Source of the DNA: TPA_inf: Saccharomyces
Taxonomy: Eukaryota
DNA length: 64,000 nt
NCBI GenBank assembly: GCA_000146045.2
Contig: BK006945.2
Span: forward strand, 800,001-864,000
Reading direction: 5' to 3'
In this document: in pieces, positions 57,540 to 64,000 of the stretch
Numbering within the stretch: the stretch's first letter is position 1
How the letters are laid out: every line of letters starts with the position of its first letter
Notes under the pieces: generated by a model
The model's database searches: none
Seen by the model: only the letters and a program-made list of their open reading frames with translations
Told to the model about the DNA's origin: nothing
Made by a program: the position numbers and the translations under genes

Positions 57540-59336
57540 ATGACAAAGAGGAGAAACCTCTTTATGGTTGGTTCTTCCTTCACAATAGATCATTTACCTC
57601 CAGAAATATGGCTTTGTATTTCTAAGCTGGTCGGGACGTCTGACCTGCATAACTTGTGTTTAATTAACAGAAGATTGTATTTGACAATTACAAGTGATGA
57701 AATTTGGAAAAGAAGATGCTATGACCGATGGATAAATCGAGAAAGCTTAGATATTTTAACTGGTAATGATTACGATTCTATACCCGTCTCTCAATGGTAT
57801 TCTTACTATTTAAGAAGAGCAAAATGGGAGAATAAAATTTTTTGTCTATTATGGGGGTTAACTGAAGAAACAAATCCCCAACATTTCAGAGAGAAATATT
57901 TGCATATCCTCCAATTTAGACATTACAAACTGGCTACATTTCTGCATAGGATTATAAAACAAGGCTACATACCTGATAAAAGACCACTTGATTTAATCAC
58001 GTATGCAAACTATCTGTTGAAAAATGTGCGACATAAGTACGTATTTCCTTTATTTTATCCCACAAATGCCGCTGAATTGAAAAATCTTAATAATATGGCC
58101 TCAAGGGATGCTGAAATGATATATTTAAGATTATCTGCCATTGATACGTCTTTTGATGACTTACTAGATGCTAGAGAATTCATATTAAATGGAATATGTT
58201 CCGATCTACTACAAAAGTATAAAAAAATTGAAGAGTTTTTGAAATTACGACCGGTGACTAGGGTTTCCAAGTTAATCTCAATCAGTACTGACTATCTGGA
58301 CTGCTTCACACAACCTCATGATTCAGTGGGTCAAACAAATGATAGGGCCACAGGAAGGGAGCTACATAGAGAGGATTTCATGTTACTAAGAGTATATTCC
58401 CGAGAAGGACGAGGTTATAAAACTATCATTCTAGCAATAATACAGGCTATCACTAAGAGATATAACGTTGATTCATATCTTGCTCGAGATCATTTGGTGG
58501 TGTCTGAACCAGACTTTCCAGATGGACGGGCATTTGTTACCGTGAATGAGGATTTCCAGCCATACATTTTTGATAAAGAGGACCTTTTGAGCGTTTGGTC
58601 GAACAACTTCCATAACGCAGAAAATTTTGAAAGTACAGTTTTACCAGCATTATTAGAACCAATATCGATACAACATCTTCTGACGGAGTTCTTTCGAGAA
58701 CTGCTGCGATGCAAGCCCAGGCCATTTGAGGGATATCCAAACAGAGCACACGGATTACGCGATATGTTTCCATACGGAAAAGTGGAAGTTCCCAGAGATG
58801 TGACGATGTATTTTGCATTTATATACGATCTTTTCGATGGCATGTTTGAATCTGGAATGACAAGTTTACGGGGCCAGATGTTGAGAGATTTACTGAACTA
58901 CGTTAACGCTAATAATTTTGGTGATTTGAATATCATCATTGGACAAAATGCTCTTAAGGAACCAAATGACTGCTGGTCCAACAAGAGGGATTACGTTCTT
59001 CTTGATGACAATAATAAGATTGGATATTTCTATACGGATATTGAAACTGAGGATACTTTATGTGCCTTAAACCAATATGAAGTGGACGGCAAAGTTTTTA
59101 TAACAACAATAGATATCTTGGGTGATATAAGAGTACGCCTGGCTGAAGGACTAACGCCTTTTCAGGGAGATAATGATAAGTTGTGGGAGAGCTTTTCTTC
59201 CGTTGTTCCACGAACTGACTGGGGACTTTTTTTCAAAGGCTATGACAAAGAAAGGCGTAGAATGCAATTAAACCCTTACATAGAGGAAAAGCTTTCCAAT
59301 CTAGCGAATGATGAACAGCCTTTACATAATTTATAG
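57540..59336 (+). CDS. MDM30: Mitochondria-associated F-box protein, 598 aa
   Basis: N-terminal F-box-like motif (LPPEIWLCISKLVGTSDLHNLCLINRRLY). Length 598 aa. Confidence 0.85.
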   Translation: MTKRRNLFMVGSSFTIDHLPPEIWLCISKLVGTSDLHNLCLINRRLYLTITSDEIWKRRCYDRWINRESLDILTGNDYDSIPVSQWYSYYLRRAKWENKIFCLLWGLTEETNPQHFREKYLHILQFRHYKLATFLHRIIKQGYIPDKRPLDLITYANYLLKNVRHKYVFPLFYPTNAAELKNLNNMASRDAEMIYLRLSAIDTSFDDLLDAREFILNGICSDLLQKYKKIEEFLKLRPVTRVSKLISISTDYLDCFTQPHDSVGQTNDRATGRELHREDFMLLRVYSREGRGYKTIILAIIQAITKRYNVDSYLARDHLVVSEPDFPDGRAFVTVNEDFQPYIFDKEDLLSVWSNNFHNAENFESTVLPALLEPISIQHLLTEFFRELLRCKPRPFEGYPNRAHGLRDMFPYGKVEVPRDVTMYFAFIYDLFDGMFESGMTSLRGQMLRDLLNYVNANNFGDLNIIIGQNALKEPNDCWSNKRDYVLLDDNNKIGYFYTDIETEDTLCALNQYEVDGKVFITTIDILGDIRVRLAEGLTPFQGDNDKLWESFSSVVPRTDWGLFFKGYDKERRRMQLNPYIEEKLSNLANDEQPLHNL

Positions 59337-59551
59337 TCATATTTAAGGAGGTTTCCAAAAGTAGCATCCTGACACATTCTATTACACCTTTTTTTATCAG
59401 CCCGAGCGGCCTTTCCTTAACGGTGTATACATTTTCTAACAGTATTAAGTCAAAAACAGCAGCATCAAAAGTACGACTACTTTTACAAGATTTCTTTAGA
59501 TATTTACTTCACATAGAAGAAGAAAATCAACGGAATAAAAATCCAAAAATC

Positions 59552-61525
59552 ATGCTTAAATCTGGTAGACTCAACTTTCTCAAGTTGAATATCAATTCAC
59601 GATTACTATACTCAACGAACCCTCAACTGACTAAGAAGGTCATTGGTATCGACCTGGGTACCACGAATAGTGCTGTTGCATATATCCGTGATTCTAACGA
59701 CAAAAAATCAGCTACAATCATAGAAAATGATGAAGGACAACGAACCACACCATCTATAGTTGCCTTTGATGTCAAAAGCTCGCCACAGAATAAAGATCAA
59801 ATGAAAACTCTTGTAGGGATGGCAGCTAAAAGGCAAAATGCTATTAATTCTGAAAACACTTTCTTTGCTACAAAGAGACTTATTGGCCGTGCATTCAACG
59901 ACAAGGAAGTTCAGCGAGATATGGCTGTTATGCCATATAAGATTGTCAAATGTGAGTCAAATGGGCAAGCCTATCTCAGCACGTCTAATGGTCTCATTCA
60001 ATCACCAAGCCAGATAGCATCTATATTACTGAAATACCTGAAACAAACTTCAGAAGAATACTTAGGCGAAAAGGTTAATTTGGCAGTTATTACAGTTCCA
60101 GCATATTTTAATGATTCTCAAAGGCAAGCCACAAAAGATGCCGGCAAGTTAGCTGGCCTAAATGTTTTGAGAGTTATTAACGAACCAACTGCGGCCGCCT
60201 TAAGCTTTGGAATTGATGATAAGAGGAATAATGGATTAATTGCAGTTTACGATTTGGGTGGTGGTACATTTGACATATCCATCTTGGACATTGAAGATGG
60301 CGTGTTTGAGGTTCGTGCTACTAATGGTGACACGCATTTAGGTGGAGAAGATTTTGACAACGTCATTGTAAACTATATTATAGATACCTTCATTCATGAA
60401 AACCCTGAAATTACACGGGAAGAAATTACGAAGAACAGGGAGACAATGCAAAGGTTAAAAGATGTTTCTGAAAGAGCTAAGATAGATTTATCCCATGTGA
60501 AGAAAACTTTTATCGAACTTCCATTTGTATACAAAAGCAAACATCTACGAGTGCCAATGACAGAGGAAGAGCTGGATAATATGACTTTGTCATTAATCAA
60601 CAGGACTATCCCACCTGTGAAGCAAGCATTGAAAGATGCCGATATCGAACCGGAGGATATAGATGAAGTAATCCTTGTTGGTGGTATGACCCGTATGCCA
60701 AAGATTAGATCTGTTGTAAAAGATCTTTTTGGTAAGTCTCCAAATTCTAGTGTTAACCCAGATGAAACAGTTGCTTTAGGAGCAGCTATTCAAGGTGGTA
60801 TTCTATCCGGTGAAATAAAGAATGTCTTACTTTTGGATGTGACACCATTGACATTAGGGATTGAAACATTTGGAGGAGCGTTCTCACCCTTGATACCTAG
60901 AAATACGACAGTTCCAGTAAAAAAAACAGAGATATTTAGTACTGGTGTTGATGGGCAAGCGGGTGTTGATATCAAAGTTTTTCAGGGTGAAAGAGGGTTA
61001 GTGCGTAACAACAAGTTGATTGGTGATTTGAAACTTACAGGAATCACCCCTTTGCCTAAAGGCATTCCCCAAATATATGTTACTTTTGATATCGATGCGG
61101 ATGGTATCATCAACGTATCTGCCGCTGAGAAAAGTAGTGGGAAACAACAATCCATTACTGTAATACCAAATTCTGGGTTAAGCGAAGAGGAAATTGCAAA
61201 ACTTATTGAAGAAGCAAATGCAAATAGGGCACAAGATAACTTGATCAGGCAAAGGTTAGAGCTTATCTCTAAGGCTGACATTATGATAAGTGATACTGAG
61301 AATTTATTTAAAAGATATGAAAAACTGATTTCTAGCGAAAAAGAGTATTCTAATATCGTAGAGGACATCAAAGCTCTGAGACAAGCTATAAAGAATTTTA
61401 AGGCTAACGAAAATGACATGTCAATTGATGTAAACGGAATAAAAAAAGCTACGGATGCGCTACAGGGTAGGGCATTAAAATTATTCCAAAGCGCAACAAA
61501 AAACCAGCAGAATCAAGGTAAATAA
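59552..61525 (+). CDS. SSQ1: Mitochondrial Hsp70 of Fe-S cluster biogenesis, 657 aa
   Basis: Hsp70 signatures ([32 protein letters not shown]). From ATG 59552 the protein starts [22 protein letters not shown], a typical mitochondrial presequence. The ORF track's extra 43 upstream codons are probably not translated. Confidence 0.92.
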   Translation: MLKSGRLNFLKLNINSRLLYSTNPQLTKKVIGIDLGTTNSAVAYIRDSNDKKSATIIENDEGQRTTPSIVAFDVKSSPQNKDQMKTLVGMAAKRQNAINSENTFFATKRLIGRAFNDKEVQRDMAVMPYKIVKCESNGQAYLSTSNGLIQSPSQIASILLKYLKQTSEEYLGEKVNLAVITVPAYFNDSQRQATKDAGKLAGLNVLRVINEPTAAALSFGIDDKRNNGLIAVYDLGGGTFDISILDIEDGVFEVRATNGDTHLGGEDFDNVIVNYIIDTFIHENPEITREEITKNRETMQRLKDVSERAKIDLSHVKKTFIELPFVYKSKHLRVPMTEEELDNMTLSLINRTIPPVKQALKDADIEPEDIDEVILVGGMTRMPKIRSVVKDLFGKSPNSSVNPDETVALGAAIQGGILSGEIKNVLLLDVTPLTLGIETFGGAFSPLIPRNTTVPVKKTEIFSTGVDGQAGVDIKVFQGERGLVRNNKLIGDLKLTGITPLPKGIPQIYVTFDIDADGIINVSAAEKSSGKQQSITVIPNSGLSEEEIAKLIEEANANRAQDNLIRQRLELISKADIMISDTENLFKRYEKLISSEKEYSNIVEDIKALRQAIKNFKANENDMSIDVNGIKKATDALQGRALKLFQSATKNQQNQGK

Positions 61526-61717
61526 GTGAACAAAACACAAATAAGACTTGTATATTAACGTGTATATCGTTCATTAAAGCATATTTTGACGTATTTATAC
61601 TTTATACATTTATATATTTCTTTCCCGTTTCAAATTTTCGGTTCAAATAAAGTTGCATGTGGATTATTATGTTCCCATAAATTCTAGTTTTTATTATTTT
61701 CCTTGCACCGTATACCT

Positions 61718-62254
61718 TTATAGAGATTTGTTCATGAATCTTCTTCTTGTGAACGCCAACCAAAACTTTGAGGGATATTCCTTAGAATCTGTAGAGCTAT
61801 AGACTCTTTCTAATAGTCTCATTGCCAATTCTTGACGGAATTGCTGAATATAAGTCTTCAACAAGTCCATCGAATTATGATCTTGTACTGGAACTTGGTA
61901 AACATTATTCAGAGGGAAACCCGGTGTACCTGGTAAAGTAAAGTTGTCCAAGGCCACATTGGTTAACACTTTGACGGCTTCGTTAAATGACGTTGTTATT
62001 TTCAAATGGGCTAGGCAATCATTGATAAAGAGAATTCCGTAGATGAGCACTCTGTCGGCGGGTGATTTAATTTCAAAATTCTTGAAGAAGGAATTGGCAC
62101 GAAATAGGTCCAAGCACTCGTCGATAATATCGTAATCGGAATTGCTGGGGTATGCAGGACCCCTGAACTTAGTGTTCAAGGGCAGAAGCGCAAAGTTCCC
62201 TACCATGCGGTCAGTGTTAGGATCTACAGGGAAAGTCGAGTGATACGCAGGCAT
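61718..62254 (-). CDS. ARC18: Arp2/3 complex 21-kDa subunit (ARPC3), 178 aa
   Basis: 178-aa ORF. The ARPC3-like sequence starts MPAYHSTFPVDPNTDRMVGNFALLPL. Confidence 0.88.
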   Translation of the reverse strand: MPAYHSTFPVDPNTDRMVGNFALLPLNTKFRGPAYPSNSDYDIIDECLDLFRANSFFKNFEIKSPADRVLIYGILFINDCLAHLKITTSFNEAVKVLTNVALDNFTLPGTPGFPLNNVYQVPVQDHNSMDLLKTYIQQFRQELAMRLLERVYSSTDSKEYPSKFWLAFTRRRFMNKSL

Positions 62255-62713
62255 TTATTAATATACTGGGAGTGGAGAGACTGATAATACCAATAATCTT
62301 CCTTTATTGATGTTTGTTACTGCGCACCAAGTGTTTAATTTATTGTTATTCATTGTTATACTAAACCAAACCGCAACGGAAAGGATAGGGGTTCGTGGTG
62401 GATGATCCGCGTAACGGCCGAGTCTGTGAAACTGAGAGAGAATGATAGTGAAAACAATGGTATGGAAGTCCGAGGTCCTAAGGCTTGAAGAAAGTTTTTA
62501 AAGGGCATTATGACCAGTGAGTACTGACGACCTAATTTAATAACAGTATTGAGCCGATTAGGTTTTCCTGGATTTTTTTTTTGCTGTTTTATAGCTATTT
62601 TTTTATTTGTTGTTTGTGGTCATTAATATATTCATTCGCTCTGTTAGTGTAATCGATTACAGTGCTCTATTACTGCTGACTTAATTGGACAATTCATCTC
62701 TTTTCCTGCGGTT

Positions 62714-64000
62714 ATGAGCGAAACCAACGTTGACAGCTTAGGGGACAGAAATGACATATACTCCCAAATATTTGGTGTAGAAAGGAGGCCAGATTCCTTC
62801 GCTACTTTTGATAGTGACTCGCACGGAGACATAAGTTCTCAGCTGCTGCCTAATAGAATCGAAAATATCCAGAATCTAAATGTTCTGCTTTCTGAAGACA
62901 TTGCTAATGACATCATTATTGCCAAGCAGAGGAGACGTTCTGGAGTTGAAGCCGCCATCGATGATTCTGATATACCAAATAACGAAATGAAGGGGAAAAG
63001 CTCAAATTACATTTTATCGCAGCAGACTAATATTAAGGAAGTTCCAGATACACAAAGTTTGTCTAGTGCTGATAATACACCTGTGAGCAGTCCAAAGAAG
63101 GCAAGAGATGCCACATCTTCCCATCCCATTGTTCATGCTAAATCGATGTCCCATATATATTCAACGAGTAATAGTGCTAGTAGACAAGCCAAGCACTATA
63201 ATGACCACCCTTTGCCTCCAATGTCTCCAAGAAATGAAGTTTACCAGAAGAATAAAAGTACTACAGCTTTTGTGCCTAAGAGGAAACCTTCGCTCCCGCA
63301 ACTAGCACTTGCTGGTCTTAAGAAGCAGAGCAGTTTTTCCACCGGCAGTGCATCAACCACTCCTACACAGGCTAGAAAATCGCCTTTGCAAGGGTTTGGT
63401 TTCTTTTCGAGACCAAGTTCCAAAGACTTGCACGAACAGCACCAACATCACCAGCATATTCAGCATAATAATATTAACAATCATAATAATAATAATACTA
63501 ATAATAATGGCGCACATTATCAAGTGGGTAGTAGTAACAGTAATTACCCTCAACATTCACATTCTATATCATCTAGATCGATGTCGTTGAACTCATCTAC
63601 TCTAAAAAATATTGCATCATCTTTTCAATCGAAGACTTCTAACAGCAGGAAAGCTACGCAAAAATATGATATAACTTCCAACCCATTCTCAGATCCTCAT
63701 CATCATCATCATCATCATCACTCTTCAAACAGTCACAGTAGCCTAAATAATGTCCACGGGTCTGGAAACTCCTCAAGTGTTATGGGAAGCTCGTCTAATA
63801 TTGGGTTGGGTCTTAAAACGAGAGTTTCTTCCACCTCATTAGCTTTAAAAAGATACACTTCGGTTTCAGGAACTTCTCTATCTTCTCCACGTAGAAGTAG
63901 TATGACACCTTTGTCGGCATCTAGACCTGTTATGAGCGCTTCATCAAAAAAACCTCAGGTATATCCAGCTTTGTTGTCAAGAGTCGCCACAAAATTTAAA
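62714..64000 (+). CDS. ROM2: Rho1 GDP/GTP exchange factor, N-terminal 429 codons; continues beyond the right window edge
   Basis: The ATG at 62714 opens a frame with no stop through 64000: MSETNVDSLGDRNDIYSQIFGVERRPDSFATFDSD... It is Ser/Asn/His-rich low complexity and includes an H8 tract from (CAT)7CAC at 63700-63723. It is absent from the ORF track because there is no in-window stop. Confidence 0.85.
   Translation, partial: MSETNVDSLGDRNDIYSQIFGVERRPDSFATFDSDSHGDISSQLLPNRIENIQNLNVLLSEDIANDIIIAKQRRRSGVEAAIDDSDIPNNEMKGKSSNYILSQQTNIKEVPDTQSLSSADNTPVSSPKKARDATSSHPIVHAKSMSHIYSTSNSASRQAKHYNDHPLPPMSPRNEVYQKNKSTTAFVPKRKPSLPQLALAGLKKQSSFSTGSASTTPTQARKSPLQGFGFFSRPSSKDLHEQHQHHQHIQHNNINNHNNNNTNNNGAHYQVGSSNSNYPQHSHSISSRSMSLNSSTLKNIASSFQSKTSNSRKATQKYDITSNPFSDPHHHHHHHHSSNSHSSLNNVHGSGNSSSVMGSSSNIGLGLKTRVSSTSLALKRYTSVSGTSLSSPRRSSMTPLSASRPVMSASSKKPQVYPALLSRVATKFK

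Overview
This window reads as a well-annotated stretch of the Saccharomyces cerevisiae chromosome XII right arm, running from SGD1/YLR336C to ROM2/YLR371W. From memory FKS1 sits at chrXII 809997-815627, which would put window position 1 at about chrXII 800001. That offset is recollection, not computed. The window carries about 33 protein-coding genes on both strands: SGD1 (truncated), VRP1, RPP0, SPO77, FKS1, GAS2, RPL26A, YLR345W, YLR346C, KAP95, DIC1, ORM2, NIT3, YLR352W, BUD8, TAL1, ILV5, ATG33, RSC2, ADE13, VPS38, DCR2, YLR361C-A, STE11, NMD4, YLR363W-A, GRX8, RPS22B, MDM30, SSQ1, ARC18 and ROM2 (truncated). It also carries one tRNA-Arg(CCG) gene with a solo Ty1/Ty2 delta LTR about 200 bp upstream, flanked by an intact 5-bp target-site duplication. 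Two ribosomal-protein genes are spliced: RPL26A, and RPS22B, which has a 5'UTR intron plus an ORF intron that should host the H/ACA snoRNA snR44. Recognisable promoter motifs are PDREs upstream of YLR346C, ACGCGT/MCB motifs upstream of FKS1, TGAGTCA sites at ILV5, a TGACTC at ADE13 and Rap1-like sites at the ribosomal-protein genes. Simple repeats include a (GA)32 tract plus (AAT)7 and (CAT)7 coding repeats. Everything points to a nuclear eukaryotic locus: GTATGT/TACTAAC spliceosomal introns, AT-rich intergenic DNA, a Pol III tRNA with an oligo-T terminator. I see no CRISPR, operon or prokaryotic defence architecture and no evidence of a novel system. The items worth a second look are local: the convergent 35-nt CDS overlap of VPS38 and DCR2, the LTR/tRNA pair, the long (GA)n tract in a 1.2-kb gene-free interval, a GC-rich intergenic patch between DIC1 and ORM2, and the in-frame upstream ATGs. 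Gene names come from recalled protein sequences, lengths and gene order. No database search was run.
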